Positions 30,730 through 41,512 of a stretch of 64,000 bases of DNA are shown here, piece by piece (position 1 is the stretch's first letter; the number at the start of each line of letters is the position of its first letter). Source of the DNA: Pseudomonadota bacterium. Lineage in GTDB: Bacteria; UBA10199; 2-02-FULL-44-16; JBDRGF01. The DNA lies in contig JBDRGF010000033.1 of assembly GCA_043818055.1 (NCBI GenBank), forward strand, positions 1 through 64,000. The letters are read 5' to 3'. A program made the translations under genes and the position numbers. The notes under the pieces were generated by a model. The model did no database searches, was not told the DNA's origin, and saw only the letters and a program-made list of their open reading frames with translations.

Positions 30730-30795
30730 GGGGTCGTTATAGATGTCATAAGCTAAAAGGTCAATTAGAAGAAGTGATAAGATGTTGGTCAAAAG

Positions 30796-32433
30796 TCAGT
30801 TACACACCCAAATATTTCCTTTCTGAACAGGACTCATTTTGGATGGAGCTACGCAATTAGCTTCGCCCCTTATTTCTATCTTTTTAAATTTATCGGGACA
30901 CCTACATATCGCCCTGCAACTTCTATTTCTATCCTCAAAACTACAAGGTTTATTTGTAATTGGGTCCTGCCAATAAGGAATTGGAGGATTAGTAGACCAC
31001 ACAGGCATACCACACATTATGCACTCAGTCATTTTTCCTTGCTTCACCGAATCGTACCACGCATTGTAATCATTATCTCCACATGGCTCGCATTTTTTCA
31101 TCGTTATATTCCACCTCTCAATCCCGTTACACCTTGGAACCTCCTCACATGTTTTATTCTGTTTATCATATTTAGCTTCAAATCCTTGCGCAGACTCTCT
31201 TCCCCATTTCTTATTCTTCTCTTCACAGCCACAATCTCCAAGCTGAGTTCTCTTCAGACCCTCTGAACAAGGCTTTGCAGGCCCAACCTCAGCTGATCCT
31301 AGCAACTTGACATTTGTCATCTTCGTTGCAACGCATTTCAACTTTATCTTATCGCAAACCAGGCCATATTTTTCACAATTATCAACAGTGGCACTGCATT
31401 TTATATACCCATTATCAGGGGTGTTTGGAAAAGGACCATCTTTATTCCCATTTACGATAATCATATGGACTTTCTTTATATCAGCAGCAGTGGAGTCTTT
31501 CGTCTTTATTGCAAGTTTGTATTCTAACCTGGGAAGTTTTTTAATAACCGGCTTATTATCAGCGTCGAGAATTACTTTTTTTGCATTCAAATCGACCAGA
31601 ATGAGTTCAGAAAGTGAGATTTTTCTATCCTTATCCATCTCATAAGGCAACTCGTCTAAACCTGAAGCAGCAGTAAAAGAAGAACCATCCGCGTACTCGA
31701 CTACTGCTATAACAAATATCCGAGAAAAATATTTCTGAACATCACTCTTCTTAAAGGGATAGAAATAAAATTTTGTACGAACCTTAAAAATTCTTTTAGC
31801 TTTATTGGATCATCATCAACACCCCCCGCGACGTGCTCAATGTAGATACTAACCTTACCGTCCAATATATCTTTAAGATACTTACCGCGAAGATCAGTTG
31901 TTCTCATATATGGCGAATTGCAATAGCCACCTGTAGTCGGCTGCACCTTCATTGGTGCAGAAATAAAATGAGCAGTTCCTTCGAGACTCAACAATCCCGA
32001 CTTAAAATCTGAATGTGAATATCCCCACGACAGATTCTCCTTATCACAAAGCTCCTCCTCCATGTATACCGCCAAACTTTCACTCATCACACTATAAAGG
32101 CCTAACAATTACAAGCCACTTAGCTTTTTTAAAGACATTCCAATCTTGAAAAGCATGCATCAATTCATGTGCTATTGTAGAACAAATATTATTTTTAGAA
32201 ATAGCTTCAGATGTTGTAATTTGATTGAAGCTATTAAGCATATGCGTAACATCAAACTCAACAATCCCTCTTAAAATCGTATTCTCTGCTGAAAATTTAG
32301 AAACAACATGCGCAGCTGCATCTTTCAAGCTTCTAAAATTGACTTCTACAACATCTACCAAACCAAATCCCTTTGGATAATCTTTTATGTTCAACGCATC
32401 ATTTTGCGTAAAGGACAATCCGCTCCAATTCAA
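30796..32433 (-). pseudogene. Probable single zinc-metallopeptidase-like gene with Cys-rich C-terminus, split into three ORFs by frameshifts
   Basis: AHELMH in 32092-32433, ESLAVYMEE in 31707-32108; the frame of 30796-31650 stays open upstream to ~31810. Confidence 0.55.
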
Positions 32434-32558
32434 CCGGAGTTTTTGGGGAACCTATCCGATTTCTAAACCCGCCCCAGAGACCATTAGACACTCTCATAAT
32501 GTTGCGCTAGTTAAAAATAAATCTTTTTGAAAAATAACAGGTTGATATCATTAGAGAT

Positions 32559-33227
32559 TTACTGACTTGCCTTTAGAGAATATTCGGCGTCGAATTTATT
32601 ATTTAGACCCTGGAATAGATCTGTGAATACGGGTTCCTCGTTTAACCTACAGAATTTTAAGGCCTTTTTGAGAAAATGGCCGGCTTCTTCAATCCCCCAT
32701 CCCTTCCTGAGCACCCCTTCGAGCAGGCTTAAATCGATATTCTTGCCGGAGACGAAACCTTCAAAATCGTTTCCTGAAGACTTGACCAGCATCTCGACCG
32801 CTTTGTGTTTGCTCCCCTTTTTTAAGTAAGCCAGCCCCATAGTCGTATATGCCTGATGAGCGAAAACCGGGTTGTTGGGTATGATATCGAGAACCTTTTT
32901 GGCCTTGCGGATGGCTTGAGAATATTCGGCGAACTGTTCTATGAGAAGCCTGGCTGAAATTATCTTCAGAGCCGGGTCGTTTGGAAGAAGCTTTTCGGCC
33001 CGGTTGTAGTGACGCCACGCCTCTTTGAATTCCCCCTTCATCTTGAAGAGCACGCCGAGCACCGAATGATATAGTGCAATTGAGACTTCATCTTCAGCCT
33101 TGGATAGATTATTCAGAAGGAGTTTCTGGGCATCGTCATAATCTTTAGCCCCCATCAGTTCAAAAGCGCGCATGCAGACTGCGTTCGGATCGATGATCTG
33201 TTCATTGATATTCTGTTCTTCGATCAT
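32559..33227 (-). CDS. TPR protein
   Basis: TPR-like helical repeats. Confidence 0.75.
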   Translation of the reverse strand: MIEEQNINEQIIDPNAVCMRAFELMGAKDYDDAQKLLLNNLSKAEDEVSIALYHSVLGVLFKMKGEFKEAWRHYNRAEKLLPNDPALKIISARLLIEQFAEYSQAIRKAKKVLDIIPNNPVFAHQAYTTMGLAYLKKGSKHKAVEMLVKSSGNDFEGFVSGKNIDLSLLEGVLRKGWGIEEAGHFLKKALKFCRLNEEPVFTDLFQGLNNKFDAEYSLKASQ

Positions 33228-33276
33228 AACAGCTCGAGAATATCAGTGAATTGAAAATGAAGCAAATCTTTTAAAA

Positions 33277-33366
33277 CAAATTCCAAGCTCCAAAAAACTA
33301 ATTACTAAGTTTGGTTTTTGTAATTTGGAGCTTATTTGTTATTTGGAATTTGTAATTTGGAATTTA
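33277..33366. repeat. Inverted heptamer arrays overlapping the suhB 3' end
   Basis: caaattccaagctccaaa ... tttggagcttatttgttatttggaatttgtaatttggaattt. Confidence 0.7.
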
Positions 33367-34132
33367 CCAGAATGGTTATCATCTCCCCATGTATCAATCC
33401 GTTGCTGCAGAGAATCTCGGTTCCATAGAGATCATATGCTGAGCCATCGAACGATGTCACCGTTCCACCCGCCTCGCGGATGATCACGACACCTGCTGCC
33501 ATATCCCACGATTTTAAAAAGAGCTCCCAGAATCCATCGAGGCGACCGCACGCTACATATGCAAAATCGATCGAGGCAGCACCCGGGCGTCTCACCGCCC
33601 TTGCAGTCTTTATGAAATTGCGAAAATTATCGATGTTGTCGAGCTGATCCTCTTCCTGAACATTGTAGGCAAAGCCTGTGCCGAGCATGGCGTTCTTCAG
33701 AGGTTTGCGATCCGAAACATGAATCCGCTTGGAATTTAGAAAAGCCCCATTCCCCTTAACGGCATGAAAAAGCTCTCTTCTGATAGGATCGTATATCACG
33801 CCCATCACCAGCTCTCCTTTAAATTCAAGTGCGATGGATACTCCAAAGAATGGAAAGTTGTGGGCGTAATTTACAGTCCCATCGAGCGGGTCTATGATCC
33901 ATTTATAATCAGCACCTCTCTCATGACCGCTTCCTTCCTCGGCAAGAATATCGTGATCGGGAAATTTTTTTCTGATGGAATCGACGATCAGCCTCTCACA
34001 CGCCTTATCGACCTCCGTCACGAGATTGATCGCACCTTTAAATTCAATCGTATGATGTTTTTTAAGATTATCGAGCTGAATCTTTCCAGCCTTTTTCGCC
34101 AACTTCTGAGCCAGTTTCAAACAATCATTCAT
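33332..34132 (-). CDS. suhB: Inositol monophosphatase family protein SuhB
   Basis: ILAEE, WIIDPLDGT, WDMAAG; start placed at ATG 34132. Confidence 0.93.
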   Translation of the reverse strand: MNDCLKLAQKLAKKAGKIQLDNLKKHHTIEFKGAINLVTEVDKACERLIVDSIRKKFPDHDILAEEGSGHERGADYKWIIDPLDGTVNYAHNFPFFGVSIALEFKGELVMGVIYDPIRRELFHAVKGNGAFLNSKRIHVSDRKPLKNAMLGTGFAYNVQEEDQLDNIDNFRNFIKTARAVRRPGAASIDFAYVACGRLDGFWELFLKSWDMAAGVVIIREAGGTVTSFDGSAYDLYGTEILCSNGLIHGEMITILVNSKLQIPNNK

Positions 34133-34149
34133 AATTTTTCCTTTGATAA

Positions 34150-34797
34150 TCAGCAAGTCCTTGCAAGTGTGATGAGGTCAACCTGTTTTGCTCCACCCTT
34201 TTTTAAAACTTTTGCACATTCATTTACAGTGGCGCCGGTCGTTAAAACATCATCGATCAGCAGAATATTTCTTCCACTCAACTTATCAAGGGAATTATCA
34301 TCGACGGCATACAAACCCTTCTGATTCTCCAACCTCTCCTTCACATGCAGGCCTACCTGTTGTTTTCCTTTTATCACTCTTTTTAGCAGATGTAGATCGA
34401 CTTTTGTATCGATTCTTTTCCCAAGCTTCTTTGCGAGCTCAGCGGCAGGATTGTACCCGCGTGAGAATAGGCGGCGTTTGTATAGAGGCACAGGGATTAT
34501 CAAATCATAATCCCTCATCGACACTCGATCTGTGAGTTCCTTCACAAAAAAGGTCACAAGATAGAGCGCCGCTTCATATTTGAATTTGTGTATTGCGTGA
34601 GCGAGATCACCATCATAAGCAAAGAGCGATTCAGCGCGATCAAACCATCGCCTCATAAGATGCGGGGCATTGTAATCGCTCTCTATTTTGACAATTGCAG
34701 CATCGCAATCATCACACAATTCAAATTCATCCTGTCTGACATCGCACAGAGGACAGTGAGGGGGAAATATAAAATTTATCAGCGAATGAATTATCAT
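34150..34797 (-). CDS. comF: ComF family protein (phosphoribosyltransferase-like)
   Basis: CxxC..CxxC, PVPL..R..RGYN, LIDDVLTTGAT; the ORF-track N-terminus derives from a repeat. Confidence 0.9.
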   Translation of the reverse strand: MIIHSLINFIFPPHCPLCDVRQDEFELCDDCDAAIVKIESDYNAPHLMRRWFDRAESLFAYDGDLAHAIHKFKYEAALYLVTFFVKELTDRVSMRDYDLIIPVPLYKRRLFSRGYNPAAELAKKLGKRIDTKVDLHLLKRVIKGKQQVGLHVKERLENQKGLYAVDDNSLDKLSGRNILLIDDVLTTGATVNECAKVLKKGGAKQVDLITLARTC

Positions 34798-34875
34798 TAC
34801 AAATTTCCAATTAACAATTCTCAATTAACAATTATTGATACATTGCGAATTGGTCATTGTTAATTGGAGATTGTT
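34797..34875. repeat. Inverted heptamer arrays between gpmI and comF
   Basis: ccaattaacaattctcaattaacaatt ... aattggtcattgttaattggagattg. Confidence 0.75.
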
Positions 34876-36425
34876 TATTTTAAAAGTGAATTTCCCGTCA
34901 TCTCCGCCGGCTTTTCTATTCCGAGAAGTCCTAGCATCGTCGGCGCGATATCGGCAAGCCCTCCTCCATCCTTTAATTCTCTTCGATCTCCACTGGCGAC
35001 ATATATCAGCGGAACGGGATTGATCGAATGGGCGGTCATCGCCGAGCCTTTTTTATCGAACATCTCCTCGCTGTTTCCATGATCGGCTGTTATCAAAAGT
35101 GCGCCTCCCATTTTCAAAACTTCCGGCACTATTTTGGAAAGACATTCATCCACTGTATGTACCGCTTTTTTTGCGGCCTCTAAAAATCCTGTATGACCGA
35201 CCATGTCGCCATTGGCGAAGTTGGCTACGATCACATCGTACTTGCCCGAATCGATCCTCTTCAAAAACTCCTCCGTAACCTCAAACGCGCTCATCTCAGG
35301 TTTTAAGTCGTACGTAGCGACCTCTCTGGGAGATGGTATCAGCGCCCTCTCTTCTCCCGGAAAGACTTTATCCTCTCCACCATTGAAGAAAAATGTGACG
35401 TGGGCATATTTTTCAGTCTCAGCGATTCTCAACTGCTTGAGGTTATGCGAGCTCAACACCTCGCCAAATATATTATGAAGTATTTTTTCACCGAAGGCAG
35501 TCTTCAGAGGAAGCTTGGGATCATATTTGGTCATGCAGATGAATTCCAAAAGTTTATGATACTCTCCCCTGTCGAAAAAATCGAAGTCGTCGAGCGCCAA
35601 CGCTTTTGTAAGCTGTCTCGCCCTGTCCGGCCTGAAGTTAAAGAAGATTACGGCGTCGCCATCTTTTACATTTGAAACGGGCATGCCATCTTCCACCATG
35701 ACTGAGGGCTCTATAAATTCATCGGTGATCTCTCGTTTGTAGGAATCCTTCACAGCATCGATGGCACTCTCAAATTTTAATCCCTCTCCAGAGACTATCG
35801 CCCTGTATGCCTTCTCGGTCCTATCCCATCTCGTGTCGCGATCCATCGCATAGTATCTTCCCATCACAGTCGCTATTCTCGCACCATCTGTAGCATCGAC
35901 CATCTCCTGCACTCTTTCGATATATTTAAAACCTGAATCGGGAGGCGAGTCCCTGCCATCTGTAAAGGCGTGAACTAAAATTTTATCGATCCCATGATCG
36001 TGAGCCAATTTTAAAAGAGCCTTCAGATGACCTATATGAGCATGAACACCTATATCCGAGCAGAGCCCCATCAGATGAAGTGTTCCTCCATTCGATTTTA
36101 ACTTCTTCATCAGATCGACTAAGTTTTCGTTATTGTAAAATGATCCATCCTCAATCGCTTTGTTGATGCGCGTAAAATCCTGATAGACGATTCTCCCCGC
36201 TCCGATGTTCAGGTGTCCCACCTCTGAATTTCCCATCGTCCCCTCTGGAAGACCGACGGCGAGCCCGCTCGTCTTGATGAGGGTGTGCGGATATTTTTTC
36301 CACATCTCATCCCAAAATGGAGTCTCGGCGAGCCTAATAGCATTACCCTCGCTCTTTTCGCTGTAGCCCCAACCATCGAGTATAATCAACACGACCGGCT
36401 TTAGAATAACGCTATTTTTTTTCAT
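34875..36425 (-). CDS. gpmI: 2,3-bisphosphoglycerate-independent phosphoglycerate mutase
   Basis: ILDGWG, MGNSEVGH, GRYYAMDRD, ETEKYAHVT, TADHGN. Confidence 0.98.
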   Translation of the reverse strand: MKKNSVILKPVVLIILDGWGYSEKSEGNAIRLAETPFWDEMWKKYPHTLIKTSGLAVGLPEGTMGNSEVGHLNIGAGRIVYQDFTRINKAIEDGSFYNNENLVDLMKKLKSNGGTLHLMGLCSDIGVHAHIGHLKALLKLAHDHGIDKILVHAFTDGRDSPPDSGFKYIERVQEMVDATDGARIATVMGRYYAMDRDTRWDRTEKAYRAIVSGEGLKFESAIDAVKDSYKREITDEFIEPSVMVEDGMPVSNVKDGDAVIFFNFRPDRARQLTKALALDDFDFFDRGEYHKLLEFICMTKYDPKLPLKTAFGEKILHNIFGEVLSSHNLKQLRIAETEKYAHVTFFFNGGEDKVFPGEERALIPSPREVATYDLKPEMSAFEVTEEFLKRIDSGKYDVIVANFANGDMVGHTGFLEAAKKAVHTVDECLSKIVPEVLKMGGALLITADHGNSEEMFDKKGSAMTAHSINPVPLIYVASGDRRELKDGGGLADIAPTMLGLLGIEKPAEMTGNSLLK

Positions 36426-36510
36426 CTATCTCCTCCAGTAACAACTAACAATATCCAATATTCAATTAAAACATTCCTTATTGTAAATTGGGAATTTTCG
36501 CTACACGCGA

Positions 36511-37812
<1,302 letters not shown>

Positions 37813-37824
37813 ACTCACACACTA

Positions 37825-37850
37825 AAAAGCCCTCTTATTCAAAGAGGGCT
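37825..37850 (-). terminator. Rho-independent terminator after rpmA
   Basis: agccctct/agagggct stem with T-tract on the minus strand. Confidence 0.7.
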
Positions 37851-37880
37851 CGATAAATTAAATAAGGGTTGTGATCACGT

Positions 37881-38141
37881 TCACGCTTGGGCCGGAAGAA
37901 CGCTTACCCATTGGCGCTTATTCCTGCCGATATGAAATTTTACAACACCATCGGCCGTGGCGAAGAGGGTGCAATCCTGTCCAATGCCTACATTTTTCCC
38001 GGGATGAAATTTGGTTCCACACTGTCTCACCAAAATGTTGCCGGCATTGACAACTTCGCCTCCAAAGCGCTTCACACCGCGACGCTGACCGTGACTATCT
38101 CTTCCGTTCTTTGCCGATCCACCTGATTTTTTATGTGCCAT
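37881..38141 (-). CDS. rpmA: 50S ribosomal protein L27
   Basis: [21 protein letters not shown]. Confidence 0.98.
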   Translation of the reverse strand: MAHKKSGGSAKNGRDSHGQRRGVKRFGGEVVNAGNILVRQCGTKFHPGKNVGIGQDCTLFATADGVVKFHIGRNKRQWVSVLPAQA

Positions 38142-38195
38142 ACAAAACCTCTTGTGAAAATATTCGCAGTTTATTCAAACCGCTTTATAGTGATG

Positions 38196-38513
38196 TTAGA
38201 AAATAATTTTTTTGATCTTAACTTCGGTATAATCCTGACGATGTCCCTGTGTGCGACGATAGCCTTTGCGCTTCTTGCTCTTATAAACGATTATCTTCTT
38301 ACCTCTTCCGTGAGAGAGGATCTCGGCCTCGACCTTCGCGCCTTCAACCAGAGGGGTTCCGATTTTGATGTCCGCCCCGCCGTTGACCATCAAAACATTA
38401 TCAAAATTGAAAACCGCGCCCGGCTCGCCGGCAAGTTTTTCAATCCTGAGATCTTCACCCTCACTGATCTTATACTGTTTACCACCTGTTGAAATTATTG
38501 CGTACACGTTCAT
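38196..38513 (-). CDS. rplU: 50S ribosomal protein L21
   Basis: YAII.TGGKQY, GHRQ.YT. Confidence 0.98.
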   Translation of the reverse strand: MNVYAIISTGGKQYKISEGEDLRIEKLAGEPGAVFNFDNVLMVNGGADIKIGTPLVEGAKVEAEILSHGRGKKIIVYKSKKRKGYRRTQGHRQDYTEVKIKKIIF

Positions 38514-38626
38514 GCTCCTTCACTCTCCCCCGAAAAGGTCATTTAAATCCAGGGATTCCTATCCTAAACCCACCCCCGCCGTCAAGGGGAAATATCAGAC
38601 CTAATGAAATGTTTTGTACATTTTTT

Positions 38627-38780
38627 TGTCATTCCCTTGATAAGCGGGAATCCAACATAAATTCAACCTAATCTGGATCCCGCATCGGGGTGCGGGATGA
38701 CATTGTAGGCTCACAAAGCTGCCTTAAAATAAGTTGTTTTGCCCTTTATTGAGTTATAACTAATTGTGTCCAAAGGTCAG
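38627..38780. repeat. GTCATTCCC..GGGAATC palindromic repeat plus a third copy of the 17.2-kb MITE terminus
   Basis: tgtcattccc..gggaatcc..ggatcccgc..gcgggatgaca (38627-38702); aattgtgtccaaaggtcag (38762-38780). Confidence 0.7.
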
Positions 38781-38931
38781 TAAATATTCAAAAACAGTGA
38801 TAAATAGTCGATAAATTGGTTTCAATTGCAATTAAAAAGCATTTTTATCAATAAATAACCAAATAATATACCATAAATTATGCCAAATCTTTAGGAATGA
38901 AGTTTTTTGACGAACTGGTGAATGAAGGGGA

Positions 38932-40446
38932 TTATTTTCCAGCTATGTCGAACTGTTCGATATGAGAATCTGGAGAGGCCTCGACAACTATCCTCTTACC
39001 CAGTTTAATTTCCAGCTTTTCCAATGAGTTACGCTCTTCATCGTACAGGACGGAGGCTATATTCGGATGGCATGTTACTACGATCTGCTTTGACTTGATT
39101 TCAGTCGCTTCTCTCATCAATTCCCTGAAAATTTCATAACATACGGTGGTCGGACTCTTTAAATACCCTTTTCCTTCGCAATAATGACAGGGGTTGGTGA
39201 GCTGGCGCCTAAGATCCTCCCTCGTCCTCTTTCTGGTCATCTCCACAAGGCCGATCTCGGAAATCTTTGTAATAGTCGTGCGCGCCTTGTCATCCTTGAG
39301 CGCCTCTCTCAGCGTGTTATAAACCTTCGTCCGGTTTGCCTGCCTCGTCATGTCGATGAAGTCGAGGATTATAATTCCACCGATATCTCTGAGCCTCAAC
39401 TGATATACGATCTCCTTTACCGCTTCGAGATTGGTCTTTAAGATAGTATCTTCGACATTCCTTCTCCCCACGAAACGACCGGTGTTGACATCTATCGCTG
39501 TTAGCGCCTCGGTCTGCTCGATGATGATGTATCCTCCGCTCTTGAGCCAGACCTTCTGGCCCAGAGCTCTCGTGATCTCTATCTCTATCCCTAAGGCATC
39601 GAATATCGGCTCGCTGCCGGTGTAGAGCTCCACCACATTTCTCTGCCTGGGCATGTACTCATTGACGAAATCGAGCACCCTCTCATAGGCATCCTGATCA
39701 TCTATGACCACTTTATCGATATCGGACGTGAAAAGGTCCCGCACAACGCGCGAGATCAGATCGAGCTCCTCCCTCAAAAGCGCTGGGGCTTTAACTGAAG
39801 GCTCCTTCTTCTCGAGATCCTTCCACATCTTCATCAGGAATTCCGCGTCGGCCTTGAGTTCCCTATCTCCTACTCCCTGAGAGACAGTTCTCACAATGAA
39901 TCCGCCACTCGCACCTCTGATCTTCATGATCAGCTTCTTCAGCCGATCGCGCTCTTCATCATTTCCTATCCTTCTCGATATTCCGATATGGTCGATGGTC
40001 GGCATATAGACGAGATAGCGTCCCGGCAGAGATATGTGCCCTGTGACCCTTGCGCCCTTTGTACCCATCGGGTCCTTCTCAACCTGAACCACTATCTCCT
40101 TCCCATCCTTCAGGAGATTTTCGATATATCTTTCACTCTTTACATGTTTTTTGGATATCGCCGCTTTTACATCATCGGTGATATTTGTGCCGATCACATC
40201 CTCTTCCATCCTCGCCAGATTGTCGACAACATCGGAGGCGTGCATGAAGGCTGTCCTGTCAAGTCCGATATCAACGAAGGCAGCTTGCATGCCGGGTAAA
40301 ACCCTGACAACCTTTCCTTTATATATGTTGCCGACGACCGGCCTTTCATTTGCACGGTCGATGAAAAATTCCGAGACGACTCCATTTTCAAGGCGCGCCA
40401 CCCTCGTCTCCCCTACGGTGACATTTATTATTAATTCATTAGGCAT
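38932..40446 (-). CDS. rng: Rne/Rng family ribonuclease (RNase G-like)
   Basis: GNIYKG.V.RVLPGMQAAFVDIG, IDVNTG, LRDIGGIIILDFIDM, CxxC. Confidence 0.93.
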   Translation of the reverse strand: MPNELIINVTVGETRVARLENGVVSEFFIDRANERPVVGNIYKGKVVRVLPGMQAAFVDIGLDRTAFMHASDVVDNLARMEEDVIGTNITDDVKAAISKKHVKSERYIENLLKDGKEIVVQVEKDPMGTKGARVTGHISLPGRYLVYMPTIDHIGISRRIGNDEERDRLKKLIMKIRGASGGFIVRTVSQGVGDRELKADAEFLMKMWKDLEKKEPSVKAPALLREELDLISRVVRDLFTSDIDKVVIDDQDAYERVLDFVNEYMPRQRNVVELYTGSEPIFDALGIEIEITRALGQKVWLKSGGYIIIEQTEALTAIDVNTGRFVGRRNVEDTILKTNLEAVKEIVYQLRLRDIGGIIILDFIDMTRQANRTKVYNTLREALKDDKARTTITKISEIGLVEMTRKRTREDLRRQLTNPCHYCEGKGYLKSPTTVCYEIFRELMREATEIKSKQIVVTCHPNIASVLYDEERNSLEKLEIKLGKRIVVEASPDSHIEQFDIAGK

Positions 40447-41079
40447 CTAACTCCTCCACTCAACTTTAGTCTTCATTATCATAATATTCTCGTCTGTAAC
40501 TTTGAGCCCATGCTGGACAAATTCAGCAACCTTCAAACCGGGGCGCAAAGATCTTAAGGCAAGCTCTATCACACAACTTCGAACGACTGCAAGCTTCACA
40601 ACATACGAAACCAAATTTAATTTCAATGCCCTTTTCCCTCGCGTTATATCGACGATCATCTCCTTTGAATCGTTGAATCTATCAACTGCCGCTGACAACT
40701 CTTCATGATTCGAGTTGGGAAGGCTCACCTCATATGTGCTGCATGCAATAGACTCCTGAATCGAATTCACCTTTCCGTTGAGAATAGAGACCTCGACTGG
40801 AGACAAACCGCTCGGAAGAAATTTCTTCAAACCTTTTAGGATAGTATCACACTGCATCTCCGCTGTGAGTTCAACATCAAAAAATTCAACCCCGCTCTCC
40901 ATCCCAACAGAGAGAGCATCTCCCATGCTAACCCTGGGAAGCGGATGAAATCCCTCAGAGTATTTGAGCGGCATACGCGAAGCCCTGCACGCCCGACGAA
41001 TAATATCAGTCACTTCAAGGTGACCAAGCCAGCGTGCCGAAGATTCCTTCGTGTATTGAATGCGATATTTATAATTCAT
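40447..41079 (-). CDS. Radical SAM-linked protein (TIGR03936/DUF2344)
   Basis: WLGHLE..RRA, YSEGFHPLP, ALSVGMES; usual position between TIGR03960 and rne/rng. Confidence 0.9.
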   Translation of the reverse strand: MNYKYRIQYTKESSARWLGHLEVTDIIRRACRASRMPLKYSEGFHPLPRVSMGDALSVGMESGVEFFDVELTAEMQCDTILKGLKKFLPSGLSPVEVSILNGKVNSIQESIACSTYEVSLPNSNHEELSAAVDRFNDSKEMIVDITRGKRALKLNLVSYVVKLAVVRSCVIELALRSLRPGLKVAEFVQHGLKVTDENIMIMKTKVEWRS

Positions 41080-41085
41080 TTTTGT

Positions 41086-41512
41086 TAGCGCATAGCGTTT
41101 AGCGGATAGCGGTTAGAAAACCTCTATTTAGGGTTTATCATTCTATACAGCATAGCGCCTACCTCTTTCATTAATTCCTCTAACAAATTTTCTTTACCAC
41201 TATAACCTAATTCCACGGCAATCATATATTGAGTTTCTAATTCACAGAGTGAACCATAAGCAACTGATAAAAATTGTTTATATTCTTTATTGTATTGCCT
41301 GCCATATCCCTCCGCAATATTTGAGGGTATAGAAACAGCTGCTCTCCTAATCTGTTGAACAAGGGAATACATTTCATGTTTCGGAAAATTATTGGTAATC
41401 TCATAGAATTCTAAAACCAATTTGTAAGATTTCTGCCACACAACAAGATCTTTAAAGCTATTTGTTTTCATTCTTTCTTTCCTATACGCTAAACGCTCTA
41501 CGCTATCCGCTA
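41086..41512. repeat. Inverted (tagcgnn)n heptamer arrays flanking a four-helix-bundle gene
   Basis: tagcgcatagcgtttagcggatagcggttag (41086-41116) and ctatacgctaaacgctctacgctatccgcta (41482-41512). Confidence 0.85.
41124..41471 (-). CDS. Four-helix-bundle protein (TIGR02436 / 23S rRNA IVS protein family)
   Basis: SFKDLVVWQKS, QIRRAAVSIPSNIAEG, GSLCELETQ; start placed at ATG 41471. Confidence 0.95.
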   Translation of the reverse strand: MKTNSFKDLVVWQKSYKLVLEFYEITNNFPKHEMYSLVQQIRRAAVSIPSNIAEGYGRQYNKEYKQFLSVAYGSLCELETQYMIAVELGYSGKENLLEELMKEVGAMLYRMINPK

